NCBI RefSeq assembly: GCF_037042905.1
Contig: NC_087258.1
Coordinates: 20,088,001-20,152,000, forward strand
Origin: Lytechinus pictus
Taxonomy: Eukaryota
Length of the DNA stretch: 64,000 nt
Reading direction: 5' to 3'
The notes beneath the pieces are model-generated. The model searched no databases and had not been told where the DNA came from. It was given only the letters and a program-made list of their open reading frames with translations. Positions within the stretch are counted from its first letter, which is position 1, and each line of letters starts with the position of its first letter. This document shows, piece after piece, positions 25,341 through 37,596 of the stretch. Made by a program: the position numbers and the translations under genes.

Positions 25341-28163
25341 TGTCGCACCAACGCATAATGTCGCAGCAACGCATAATGTCGCAGATTGCGACATTATGCC
25401 AAGAGCGTCCGACGCATTATGTCGCAGTCAACGCATAATGTCGTAGCTTTTCTAACGCATAACGTCGCACGTCACAACGCATAATGTCGCAGCAAAGTGT
25501 CAACGCATAATGTCACATGTCGCAACGCATAATGTCGCAGAGGTATTTTCTTCAGGACTCGAGCTACAGATAAGATATAAAATATGCTTTCAAGTATTTT
25601 GAGACACGAGAAAGAGAATTTGGAAATCAGGATTACTCTTTGTATGGATATTTATCGGTTTATTGCCATTTCGTCTACCGTCTTTTTCCCCACTATCGCA
25701 TCGTCTGATATCATTTCGTCTACCATTAGTTAGTCAACAACTATCAACATAGTCCAATAACCATTTCGTCTAATTACTATCTCGTCTAATAGCCTGTTGG
25801 TCTACTAGCCGTTTTGTTTATTATCATTTAGTCTAATTGTATATTTTTTTCAATTGGTCCAATATCTACTTTGTCTACCCTCATTTCGCCCACGTTCCAT
25901 TTGGTCTAACTTCAGTTGGTTCCTTATTACTTTGCCTAAACCCATTTCGGCTAACAATCATTTGGTATCGTTGCCATGGGTCCAATCACCAATAAGTCCA
26001 ATCACCGGGATTTTCTTCAGGACTCGAGTTACATAACAACACAATTCACGGCAGCGCGAGCCGAGAAAAATAGATTTTGGATCTAAGAACAGGACACTCT
26101 TTTATTGTTTTGTAAATCGTAAAATGGATAGGTAACTAGGCATCTTTCTTCCTACATTAATGTTAATAATGCGAGCAGAAGTTTTTTTATATTCTAATCT
26201 AAAACTGGATAATTCAAGCACGTTATAAATATATCGAACAAGCTGCGTATCTCAATAAACTTGGGTGCTGAGTGCGCGTTTTTTTTTAGATTTAGACCTA
26301 GAATTTAGGCATTCTGAATACATGTTTAATCATTTCATTTTATTTCCGTTTCACAATGTTGTATATAATGAACATATCATAAAGATAAAGAATATAACAA
26401 AACATAACATCTTATAAAACATAATAAGGCCTATACATTTGATAAACACAATTAATAACATTAAGCTGCCTTAAATGATTTTTTTTTGTATTTTAGAGTA
26501 AAGCGGAGGGGCTGCCGAAAATAAGCAATGCTTGTATGTTAGGCCAGCCCCAAAACTTAGTTTCATTACTTAATTTTACACAAATGCATAAATATAACTT
26601 CGTAATAGTAAAAACAATAATAGCAATAATTATCGATGTACACTTTGCACAGCAAATCAGAACTGAAAAAGCATAAAAATATAAAGCGAGAGCGAAGCGC
26701 GAGCTAAAAATACTTCATATTCCAGTCCGAAAAGGGGTAAATTTAAGCACTTTTTCAAGCACTATGCATGAAAATTCTGAAGTGGATGTGGATGCGAGCG
26801 AAAAATTTAGCCTATATAGTACATGGTGATTTTTTTTTACCTGGTTGCTAAGAAAGCATGAATGCTTGTAAGCAAGCAACCAACCAGAAACCGACGGCTT
26901 AAGGTCCTCTCCAAGGGACCTGGTAGGCATAATGACTATTATGCCTTACCAAGTGACAATAACGCACCAATTACGAATCAAATACATGTCACCGGAATCA
27001 GAAACCCCCGTTTTACCGACTGAGCTATCGCGCCTCTTTTGAGACATGAAAGATTTTATATATTTTCCAAGTCTTCACCTCACCCTATTTTATTCACTCT
27101 TCTGTCTCCTCTTATTTTTCCTCATTTTCCCTCCTCTCTTTCCCCGTTTTTTCTATTTTCTTTCGTTCCCCTTCCTTTTTTTAATATGCGGGGGGGGGGG
27201 GGGGGCGGGGGAGCCGGGCCTTTCCCTGGATCCGCCTATGCCCTGTCGGCGGATGGTAAAGGGTTTTTTGCGCTCGCGAGCTGATCTGAACCACAAATCA
27301 GGAGCAGTACTGCAACAAGTCGGCAATGATACATAGACTCACCGTAGAGGTCTAGTGCCAGTAGACCATTATGGTTATAAGATGAAATGAATATGCCTAT
27401 TGGACGAAATGATGATTGGACGAGATGGTGATTGGACCTATTGGTGATTGGACCCATGACAACGATACCAAATGATTGTTAGCCGAAATGGGTTTAGACA
27501 AAGTGATAGCGAACCAACTGAAGTCAGACCAAATGGAACATGGACGAAATGAGAGTAGACCAAGTGGTTATTAGGCCAATTGGCTATTAGACCAAAAGGT
27601 AATAGACGTGGTGATATTGGACCAAGTGGATATTGGACCAATTAAAAAAAATACAATTATACTAAATGATAATAAACAAAACGGCTAGTAGACCAACTGG
27701 CTATTAGACGAGATGGTAATTAGACGAAATGGTTATTGGTTTATGTTGATAGTTGTTGACTATTAACTGATGGTAGACGAAATGATATCAAACCATGCGA
27801 TAGTGGGGAAAAAGGCAGTAGACGAAATGGCAATAAACCGATAAATATCCATACAATGAGTAATCCTTATTTCCACATCACTTAATTCTCTTTCTCGTGT
27901 CTCAAAATACTTAGTGAAAGCACATTTTATATCTTATCTGTAGCTCGAGTCCTGAAGAAAATACCGCTGCGACATTATGCGTTGCGACATGTGACATTAT
28001 GCGTTGAAACTTTGCTGCGACATTATGCGTTGCGACATGTGACGTTATGCGTTAGAAAAACTACGACATTATGCGTTGACTGCGACATTATGCGTCGAAC
28101 GCTCTTGGCATAATGTCGCAATCTGCGACATTATGCGTTGGTGCGACATTATCGGTTGTAACA
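25326..28163. mobile_element. Foldback-type non-autonomous DNA transposon (2.8 kb) with ~700-bp inverted arms
   Basis: TGTTACAACCGATAATGTCGCA...TGCGACATTATCGGTTGTAACA termini; 5-bp TSD GGGCG (25321-25325 and 28164-28168). Arms ~25326-26006 and ~27427-28163 contain tandem AACGCATAATGTCGCA units and TT(C/G)GTCTA-type repeats. Confidence 0.93.
26825..27036 (-). mobile_element. Degenerate tRNA-derived SINE fragment within the foldback spacer
   Basis: Minus strand begins GGCGCGATAGCTCAGTCGGTA (tRNA-like A-box), followed by a CCTTGGAGAGGACCTTAAGCCGTCGG body. Boundaries approximate. Confidence 0.5.
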
Positions 28164-28388
28164 GGGCGCCGTAGTAATAATCCATTCGCACACTCTCGAG
28201 GCTTATTGTACAATATCACATTGGGTTATCTTGTCCAGTCGGACAATCGCGTAATCCGCATATTGCAGAAAAGGGCTCCCTAAATTCCCGAAAGTCATGT
28301 CCTGTTTACCCGGCCCTTTGTGAAAATCATCAGTCAAGTATACGAATGTTCGGGTTCAATTTACCCCATGTTTTGTGAAAATTGTAAC

Positions 28389-29715
28389 AATAATAATAAT
28401 GATTATAATAAAAATACTCAATATTTATATAGCGCAAATTACAGCTAAGTCTCTTAGCGCTCTAAAAGTTAGTATAAGAAAAAAAGAGAGAGAGAAAAAG
28501 AGAAGAAAAACACTCATATTGAACCTAAATAAACCATTAAGAATAACCTTAAAACATCATTATACACTACTAGTATTTGAGACTGAATTTTGATAATTTT
28601 GAACTAAATAATGCACTATTAGGAAATTTGAATTTATCTTTGGAAATGGTAACACTTTAACATAAATTTAAAAAGATCAAGACAAGGGACTAAGAATATT
28701 GAAATGCTCTATGCCCATGTGACATTTTATTTACATTTAGGGGAATAAGCTACGAAGTATAGGAGAAACTGATTCTCAAGACCGTTTTTTAGTGACAACC
28801 CTGGCTGCAGAATTTTCAATCCACTGCAGTCTACTGATACATGAACATGAACAAGTCTTGCTTTAGTGTCCTAATCAAGATCTTGAATACACTATCAGAA
28901 GCAGAACGACATTTCTTGTTCATATGACTAGACAATGTCAATTGACTATCAATCATAAACCCTAGGTTCCTAGCACACTTTGCCGGTTAGAGATTGGATT
29001 GATTGGAAGAGACAGGAGGAAGCAAACTTCTTGTTCGATGACGGGAAGACAGGTGAAGAAGTTAAGTTTTTCCTTCATTGATTGAAAGTCTATTTGCAGA
29101 TGACCAGGGGCGGATCCAGAATTTTCCACAGGGGGGGGGGGGCAAATTTTGTGGAGGAAAATTTTGATAAGTCAAAAAAAAAAGTTTTCACCCACAAATT
29201 AAGGATATTTCGTACCCGCAAAACAATTGACAAGCACAAAAAAAGTCTTCAATTTCAAAGGGGGGGGGGGCACACCTCGGTTTTTCTTCTCAAAGGGGGG
29301 GGGGGGGCACGTGCACCCCTCCCTGGATCCGCGCCTGCAGATGACCATGCCGATATTTCCTGCCGGCACACTCTAGTTTAGCCATCACATTCAATCGGTC
29401 ATTACGATTAACTACGGCATATACAGCTGAGTGTCGTCAGCATACATATTTAGAGTGACCAAATCCGTGTGCCCTGATGATATATTCGAAGGGTGAGAAA
29501 TACATCGTAAAAACAATGGGGCCCAACGCTGAGCCTTGCGGCACACCTCGTAGCAGTACTTGCCTGGAAGATTTCTTTTCTTCAATGACAGAAAGAAGAC
29601 TGAAAACGGCCGATGATGTAGATTCAATCCAATTAAAAGCAACACCAGTGAATTCAAATATGCTGCGCAGCCGACGGAGAAGGATACTATGAGATAAAGT
29701 GTCATGTCACATATA
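28389..29715 (-). mobile_element. 5'-truncated L2/CR1-group LINE fragment (paralogous copies ~34872-36246, ~46210-47595, partial ~48430-48806)
   Basis: Minus-strand RT motifs GVPQGSALGP, YADDTQLY and IFKLLVIAFK; 3' end GCGCTATATAAAT...(ATT)n. Boundaries approximate. Confidence 0.85.
29105..29337. mobile_element. hAT-like MITE nested in the LINE fragment (copies 35638-35869, 46974-47217)
   Basis: TIR CAGGGGCGGATCCAG / CTGGATCCGCGCCTG with a perfect 8-bp TSD CAGATGAC. Confidence 0.9.
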
Positions 29716-29747
29716 TACAAAGGGTCGGGTAAACTGGACCAAACAAA

Positions 29748-30254
29748 TTTATTGAATTTTAAAGATGTGCATTATTCTGGTGAAACAGTTTTAGGCTTGT
29801 CCTAATGAAAATTCATTAAGTGTGCTGCTGATGTCATATCCCCACTTGTTCTCTTGTTTTTTTATTATATGAAATTAGGTATATTCAGATATTTTCTACC
29901 AAGAACTAAAACAATTGAATTAACAACAAACTAAGTGCGATAGTTATTTCTTGCTGAAACTTATTTCATCATAATGGAGACACATCGTTCATACATTTAT
30001 GAAAACATGAAACAATTATGATTTCATGTAATAACATAAGAAAAAGGAAAGTGGGGATGTGACATCATCAGCACACCTAATGAATATTCATGAAGACATG
30101 CCGAGAACTGTTTCACCTGAATAATGCAAATCTTTAAGAATTCAATAACTTAGTTATTTGTTATCCGATTTTGATGAAATTTTCAGCATTTTGCTCTGTT
30201 AATTTTACTCTATGTATTCAAATATAAATATTTTCAGCCCGGAGTATCCTTTAA
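29748..30254. mobile_element. Left-truncated TTAA-targeting MITE (copy ~36279-36784)
   Basis: Internal inverted arms, right end GGAGTATCCT-TTAA. An empty TTAA site in the same context (TTAATCATGCAATG) is at ~63161. Confidence 0.65.
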
Positions 30255-31007
30255 TCATGCAATGTGATACAAAAACATGTTTGTAGGCCTACATTAACGT
30301 CAAATATGATTGTAAACATAGATTATTAGGCTTATATGATTTGTTATTTGTATAATGTGAAATGGAAAGAATCATATAAAACAGTCTTTAAAAAGGGGAG
30401 CATAATGCATATTCTCGTCCTTTTTGCCTTGCTTCTCTCTCTTTTTCCTTCCAGCTATTTCTCTTTCCCTCACTTTCCCTTTCTTTACTTCGCCCACCTT
30501 CAATCTCTAATTTCTCTCGATATTTGACTTCTCTCTTTTCGCTCTTATACGTTGTCTCTTTCATCCTTTCTCTTCAGATAACTTAAAGCCGTATTTTATT
30601 TCATCCGTTTTTCATTCTTTGCCTTTATGGGTAAATTATTTGCCAATTCCTTTTCATGTTGCATTGTTATACATACTTATTTCTATTTCCTTCAATGTTT
30701 AATAATTCATACGCCTTAATAGTGTTTCCTTAATACTTTATATTGTTGTGTATGTCCTGCCAGCACTGAGGACAAATGTCTATGCTTTAAATTTGGATCA
30801 ATAAATGAATCTGAGACCTCCGACTGACGGTAAAAATGTGTAGATGTATTGCCATGAGAATGAATTACAGTACTTATCTGATATTTAAAGTCACCATGTC
30901 TACATCTTATGGAGATGACAGACGAATGCACGATTTCCATGCATTTTTAAAGCAAAGTACACAGTATACTTGTAAACATGGTAGAGGACACAGACTATTC
31001 AAGTATA

Positions 31008-31135
31008 NNNNNNNNNNNNNNNNNNNNNNNNNNNNNNNNNNNNNNNNNNNNNNNNNNNNNNNNNNNNNNNNNNNNNNNNNNNNNNNNNNNNNNNNNNNNN
31101 NNNNNNNNNNNNNNNNNNNNNNNNNNNNNNNNNNN
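31008..31135. other. Assembly gap (N run)
   Basis: Run of N characters. Confidence 1.
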
Positions 31136-31173
31136 TTGTACCAAACGCTCTTGAGGTGTGAGTATGAAACATA

Positions 31174-31462
31174 ATGAGATGAGGCCCACTCAAAAGATGA
31201 CGCAGGACACCATTCTTAGCTTACTCAAAAGATGACGCAGGACACCATTCTTAGCTTACTCAAAATATGATGCAGGACACCATTCTTAGCTTAACTCAAA
31301 AGATGACGCAGGACACCATTCTTAGCTTAAACTCAAAAGATGACGCAGGACACCATTTTTAGCTTAAACTCAAAGGATGACGCAGGACACCATTCTTAGC
31401 TAAGAATGGTGTCATGCGTAAGCTAAGAATAGTGTCCTGCGTCATCTTTTGAGTTGGCTTCA

Positions 31463-31468
<6 letters not shown>
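31174..31468. repeat. 35-bp tandem array closing into a palindrome (duplicated at 31867-32161)
   Basis: Six direct copies of ACTCAAAAGATGACGCAGGACACCATTCTTAGCTT start at 31188, 31223, 31258, 31294, 31331 and 31368. One partial and one full inverted copy follow. The array is bracketed by TGAGATGAGGCC / GGCTTCATCTCA. Confidence 0.95.
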
Positions 31469-31537
<69 letters not shown>

Positions 31538-31538
<1 letters not shown>

Positions 31539-31617
31539 CAAAATACAATGTGAATAAAACAACCGTAGAGAGAAAACTTAGATCAAATTTTCGCCCATAG
31601 GGCTTCGTCAGGAAATC
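31538..31617 (-). ncRNA. 80-bp (TA)n-flanked module with a hammerhead ribozyme-like core
   Basis: Minus strand CUGACGA-A-GCCC-UAU-GGGC-GAAA (31589-31611). Stems I and III are imperfect. A second copy is at 41116-41197. Confidence 0.55.
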
Positions 31618-31741
31618 ATATATATATATATATATATATATATTGTAAAGAAATGGATGAAGAGAACAATGGTAGGCGTAGCTTAAATCAAGGTTCCCCA
31701 GAGCTATCTACCCTTTGGAAAAATTGGTGATGCCGAAAAAA

Positions 31742-31813
31742 TGTCTCTGCCGGGAATCGAACCCGGGCCCCCAGCTTTGATCGCCGGTGCCTTAACCACT
31801 AGACCACAGAGAC
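31742..31813 (-). tRNA. tRNA-like cloverleaf, anticodon TCA, within a repeat (probable tRNA-derived mobile module or pseudo-tRNA)
   Basis: Perfect 7-bp acceptor GTCTCTG/CAGAGAC, D-stem GTCT/AGGC, anticodon stem CCGGC/GCTGG with loop GA-TCA-AA, T-arm CCGGG-TTCGATT-CCCGG, then T6. A33 is non-canonical in this copy. Confidence 0.65.
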
Positions 31814-32155
31814 GGGTTACTTGTTTACTTGTACCAAACGCTCTTGAGGTGTGAGTATGAAACATAATGAGATGAGGCCCACTCAAAAGATGACGCAGGA
31901 CACCATTCTTAGCTTACTCAAAAGATGACGCAGGACACCATTCTTAGCTTACTCAAAATATGATGCAGGACACCATTCTTAGCTTAACTCAAAAGATGAC
32001 GCAGGACACCATTCTTAGCTTAAACTCAAAAGATGACGCAGGACACCATTTTTAGCTTAAACTCAAAGGATGACGCAGGACACCATTCTTAGCTAAGAAT
32101 GGTGTCATGCGTAAGCTAAGAATAGTGTCCTGCGTCATCTTTTGAGTTGGCTTCA

Positions 32156-32200
<45 letters not shown>

Positions 32201-33702
32201 GTACAATCACACAAATGTAAATAATACAGTTCCTTTCTTTTAGTTATATGGTTGATTATTCCTACATTGGTTATGTCAATTTTCCATTGAGTCATATGCA
32301 TGCTAAACATTTAGTGATCGAGACTCTTTCATCGGGGATAGCTGGGATCATGAGGTGGAGAAGAGAGTGAGATAGAGAGAGTGCATGTGAGAGAGAGGTA
32401 GGCAAGAAAGAAAATAGAAAACGGGTAAAACTATTTTGAAATTAGTAGTCAGATTAAAATTAAATCCGATAAGAATCGTTCATTGTTTAAACATGTATCA
32501 ATCTGACACGTCTAGACTTCATCACGAACTATTCTTCATCACGAACTCAGTAATAAAGATCGATTCTGCTGAGTGCACTTGTCACGCCATTACCAGTAGG
32601 CGCTAGCCAATTCATTTGTTTCTACGCCATTCTTCTCCCTTCTACCTCTTATACGGTACCACGCCTCTTTGATTCCTTTTGGCCTTGCTTGTCCTTCTGT
32701 ATCGACATCATACAAAAAGTGTGGTATATTTTCTTCATCTCGACGTATTGCTATTGTTCTGATCAAGCAGCTTGAAATGGAAAAGCCTGTGTGACTTTGG
32801 AGATTATTTGAGACAATCAAACACGAGCAGACTTTGATATTTAAAAATTGTCAAGATCAAACGCTATACAAATTAATATCGTCATGAAGCAGACTGTCTA
32901 CAAAGTCGTGACAACTTTGCAATATTACCCAGTTTGATAAATTCTTCTCGAAGCTAGGTTACCTGAGAAATTTATTCTCAACCGTAATGTTGCCTATACC
33001 ATTCCAAACATGACAGATGTGCTAAACTTGCATGGGTCTCGCTGTACAGTGTCAATTATCGACATTCCGTATTCAATTTAAACTTCTTATAGGAGAGTGG
33101 TAAATGGCGGACAATTCTGTTTCTGTTTATGGTAACTCCCGTAGAACTCGGCAGGACAGCGTTTTTGCTGGTAAACGCCAAGCTGGTATATAACCAATTA
33201 CCTATGAAACATTTTACGTCTAGGTTAACCGGTCATAATGGCTGACCTCATAGACGACAGATATTACTCTCGGGCCTGTTTATAAAAGTGGAGACAATGG
33301 CAGAGTGGAAATTCGTACTCACAACCTTGCGATTGTGAGTCCAATGCTCTTACTACTGGACCACACGACCCGTGAATTGATTTCTAATGACATGTACAGC
33401 AGCGTAACTTGGAGAGCAAGCAAGCCATGTTATGCACAGCTAGACTGACAATCTTTACAGAACACCAATGCATCTACACAACCAGAACAGTTACTGCTTC
33501 TCTTCTGGACACATTCTCATTCTGGTACCGGTATCAGTTCACCTGGTAAATAATGCCCTTCCATTAAAGAAACACCATAGGAATCTTAAAACTGAGTTTA
33601 TCGTCTGATCATTCTGCAATGAATATTGATGTCATAGTTTGACAGATGCAGGAAAGTCCGAAGAGGTCTTTACCATTAAATTATGTAACGGGTGTCGTCA
33701 AA

Positions 33703-34662
33703 ATGGGCGAAGTTATGGACCAAGCTGTTTTCGTTAATCACCAGTTTGCTGGAAAAATACTGATGGCGTGCATTTCTCCACTTTTCCCATTCATCATCGT
33801 CAGCAACGCATTATTGATTTTGATAGTTTACAGGAATCACAGCCTCCGTACACCAACGAATACCATCGTTGCGAGTCTTGCCTTTTCAAGTTTCCTTGAC
33901 GCCCTTGTCGGACTTCCGCTGAATACGTATGGAGTTGTATTTAAGATAGAAGAGGCGTGCACAGGTGATGACGATACTCTGTATTACTTGCCCCTGCAAA
34001 TAATAGCAGGTGTTTCGTTTGGCCACATTGTAGCGTTGACTGCTGATCGATACATTGCTGTTACAAAACCGTTACGCTATGTTCAGATAGTGACGCTAAG
34101 GCGCATTGCAATCGTATTGGGATCTTTCTGGATTCTCAGTACGTTGCTGAACAGCGTTCGATATGTTGGATTAAAACTTGAAACAAACTCGACAATCCTG
34201 GATAGCAATAAAACAATATGTGGTATGCCCTATTCTGGATCAACGACTTTAACCTTCGGATGGCTGCTTTTGTGGGTAATCATGGTCTTGATGGTCGCGC
34301 TACCTGTTATCAATATTTTGCTACTTCGCATTGCGATGAAGCAAGCGAGAAAAATTGCAATTCAGAGAGTGGTGATAGGTCTCCGCCAAGATCAACCTCT
34401 TGCTCAAAATGACCGGTTGAAGGCATTAAAAACAATATCGCTTGTTGTGTCACTCTTCGTAATCTTCTGGTTTCCCTTTCCTCTGCATCTCGTTTGGCGG
34501 CTTACGACGTTCATGTCACCTCTAACATTTTCAGTATATAATCATTGCTTTCTTGTGTGGCATACTATCAGTTTGATTGTTAATCCCATATTGTATGGTT
34601 TCAGGGATCGGGCTTTTCGAAAAGGCTTTCAAAATATCTTGCGTCAATGTAGGGCGCCGTAG
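33703..34662 (+). CDS. GPCR cluster copy 3 (intact, 319 aa; possible 19-aa extension from ATG 33646)
   Basis: 7TM ORF, DRY, FWFP, NPILY; nearly identical to copy 4. Confidence 0.94.
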   Translation: MGEVMDQAVFVNHQFAGKILMACISPLFPFIIVSNALLILIVYRNHSLRTPTNTIVASLAFSSFLDALVGLPLNTYGVVFKIEEACTGDDDTLYYLPLQIIAGVSFGHIVALTADRYIAVTKPLRYVQIVTLRRIAIVLGSFWILSTLLNSVRYVGLKLETNSTILDSNKTICGMPYSGSTTLTFGWLLLWVIMVLMVALPVINILLLRIAMKQARKIAIQRVVIGLRQDQPLAQNDRLKALKTISLVVSLFVIFWFPFPLHLVWRLTTFMSPLTFSVYNHCFLVWHTISLIVNPILYGFRDRAFRKGFQNILRQCRAP

Positions 34663-37554
34663 TAATAATCCATTCGCACACTCTCGAGGCTTATTGTACA
34701 ATATCACATCGGGTTATGTTGTCCAGTCGGACAATCGCGTAATCCGCATATTGCAGAAAAGGGCTCCCTAAATTCCCGAATGTCAGGTCCTGTTTACCCG
34801 GCCCTTTGTGAAAATCATCAGTCAAGTATACGAATGTTCGGGTTCAATTTACCCGATGTTTTGTGAAAATTGTAATAATAATAATGATAATAATAATAAA
34901 AATACTCAATTTTTATATAGCACAAATTACAGCTAAGTCTCTTAGCGCTCTAAAAGTTAGTATAAGAAAGAAAGATGGAGAGAGAAAGAAAAAGAAAAAC
35001 ACTCATATTGAACCTAAATACACCATTAAAAATAACCTTAAAACATCATTATACACTATTTGAGACTGAATTTTGAGGATTTTGAACTAAATAATGCACC
35101 ATTAGGAAATTTGAATTTATCTTTGGAAAAGGTAACGCTTTAACATAAATATAAAAAGATCAAGATGAGGGACTAAGAATATTGAAATGCCCTTTGCCCA
35201 TGTGACATTTTATTTACATTTAGTGGAATGAACATCTTTCTGTTAGTTCAAGGTAGTTACCTAACTGGGTGATACTCATTGAGAAGCTGTTGTAAGTATT
35301 AAGGGACCACTTTATGCTGACATTTAAAAGCAATTACAAGAAGTTTAAAAATCAATCTTTCACTGATAACCAATATAAGCTGCAAAGTATAGGAGAAACT
35401 GATTCTCGAGACCGTCTTTAGTGACAACCCTGGCAGCAGACATATCTTGTTCATATGACAAGACATTGTCAATTGACTATCAATCATAAACCCTATAGGT
35501 TCCTAGCACACTTTGCCGGTTAGAGATTGGATTGATTGGAAGAGACAGGAGGAAGAAAACTTCTTGTTCGATGACGGGAAGACAGGTGAAGAAGTTAAGT
35601 TTTTCCTTCATTGATTGAAAGTCTATTTGCAGATGACCAGGGGCGGATCCAGGATTTTCCAAAAGGGCGGGGGCAAATTTTGTGGAGGAAAATTTTGACA
35701 AGCCAAAAAAAAAAGTTTTCACCCACAAATTAAGGATATTTCGTACCCGCAAAACAATTGACAAGCACAAAAAAAGTCTTCAATTTCAAAGGGGGGGGGG
35801 GGCACACCTCGGTTTTTCTTCTCAAAGGGGGGGGGGGGGCACGTGCACCCCTCCCTGGATCTGCGCCTGCAGATGACCATGCCGATATTTCCTGCCGGCA
35901 CACTCTAGTTTAGCCATCACATTCAATCGGTCATTACGATTAACTACGGCATACAGTCGAGTGTCGTCAGCATGCATATTCAGCGTGACCAAATCCGTGT
36001 GCCCTGATGATATATTCGAAGGGTGAGAAATACATCGTAAAAACAATGGGGCCCAACGCTGAGCCTTGCGGCACACCTCGTAGCAGTACTTGCCTGGAAG
36101 ATTTCTTTTCTTCAATGACAGAAAGAAGACTGAAAACGGCCGATGATGTATGATTCAATCCAATTAAAAGCAACACCAGTGAATTCAAATATGCTGCGCA
36201 GCCGACGGAGAAGGATACTATGAGATAAATTGTCATGTCACATATATACAAAGGGTCGGGTAAACTGGACCAAACAAAGTTATTGAATTTTAAAGATGTG
36301 CATTATTCCGGTGAAACAGTTTTAGGCTTGTCCTAATGAAAATTCATTAAGTGTGCTGATTATGTCATATCCCCACTTGTTCTCTTGTTTTTTTATTATA
36401 TGAAATTAGGTATATTCAGATATTTTCTACCAAGAACTAAAACAATTGAATTAACAACAGACTAAGTGCGATAGTTATTTCCTGCTGAAACTTATTTCAT
36501 CATAATGGAGACACATCGTTCATACATTTATGAAAACATGAAACAATTATGATTTCATGTAATAACATAAGAAAAAGGAAAGTGGGGATGTGACATCATC
36601 AGCACACCTAATGAATATTCATGAAGACATGCCTAGAACTGTTTCACCTGAATAATGCAAATCTTTAAGAATTCAATAACTTAGTTATTTGTTATCCGAT
36701 TTAGATGAAATTTTCAGCATTTTGCTCTGTTAATTTTACTCTATGTATTCAGATATAAATATTTTCAGCCCGGAGTATCCTTTATTCTTGCAATGTAATA
36801 TAAAAACATGTTTGTAGGCCTACATTAACGTCAAATAAAATTGTAAACATAGATTATTAGGCTTATATGATTTGTTATGTGTATAATGTGAAATGGAAAG
36901 AATCATATAAAACAGTCTTTAGAAAAAGGTGCATAATGCATATTCTCGTCCTTTTTGCCTTGCTTCTCTCTCTTTTTCCTTCCAGCTATTTCTCTTTCCC
37001 TCACTTTCCCTTTCTTTACTTCGCCCACCTTCAATCTCTAATTTCTGTCTATATTTGACTTCTCTCTTTTCGCTCTTATACGTTGTCTCTTTAATCCTTT
37101 CTCTTCATATAACTTAAAGCCGTATTTTATTTCACCCGTTTTTCATTCTTTGCCTTTATGGGTAAATTATTTGCCAATTCCTTTTCATGTTGCATTGTTA
37201 TACATACTTATTTCTATTTCCTTCAATGTTTAATAATTCATACGCCTTTATAGTGTTTCCTTAATACTTTATATTATTGTGTATGTCCTGCCAGCACTGA
37301 GGACAAATGTCTATGTTTTAAATTTGGATCAATAAATGAATCTGAGACCTCCAACTGACGGTAAAAATGTGTAGATGTATTGCCATGAGAATGAATTACA
37401 GTACTTATATCTGATATTTAAAGTCACCATGTCTACATCTTATGGAGATGACAGACGAATGCACGATTTCCATGCATTTTTAAAGCAAAGTACACAGTAT
37501 ACTTGTAAACATGGTAGAGGACACAGACTATTCAAGTATATAGGCTTTAAAAAC

Positions 37555-37596
<42 letters not shown>

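Noticed and set aside
31188-32147. 35-bp direct repeats resembling a CRISPR array
   Set aside because: The repeats are contiguous with no unique spacers, end in inverted copies, have no cas genes nearby, and the context is eukaryotic.
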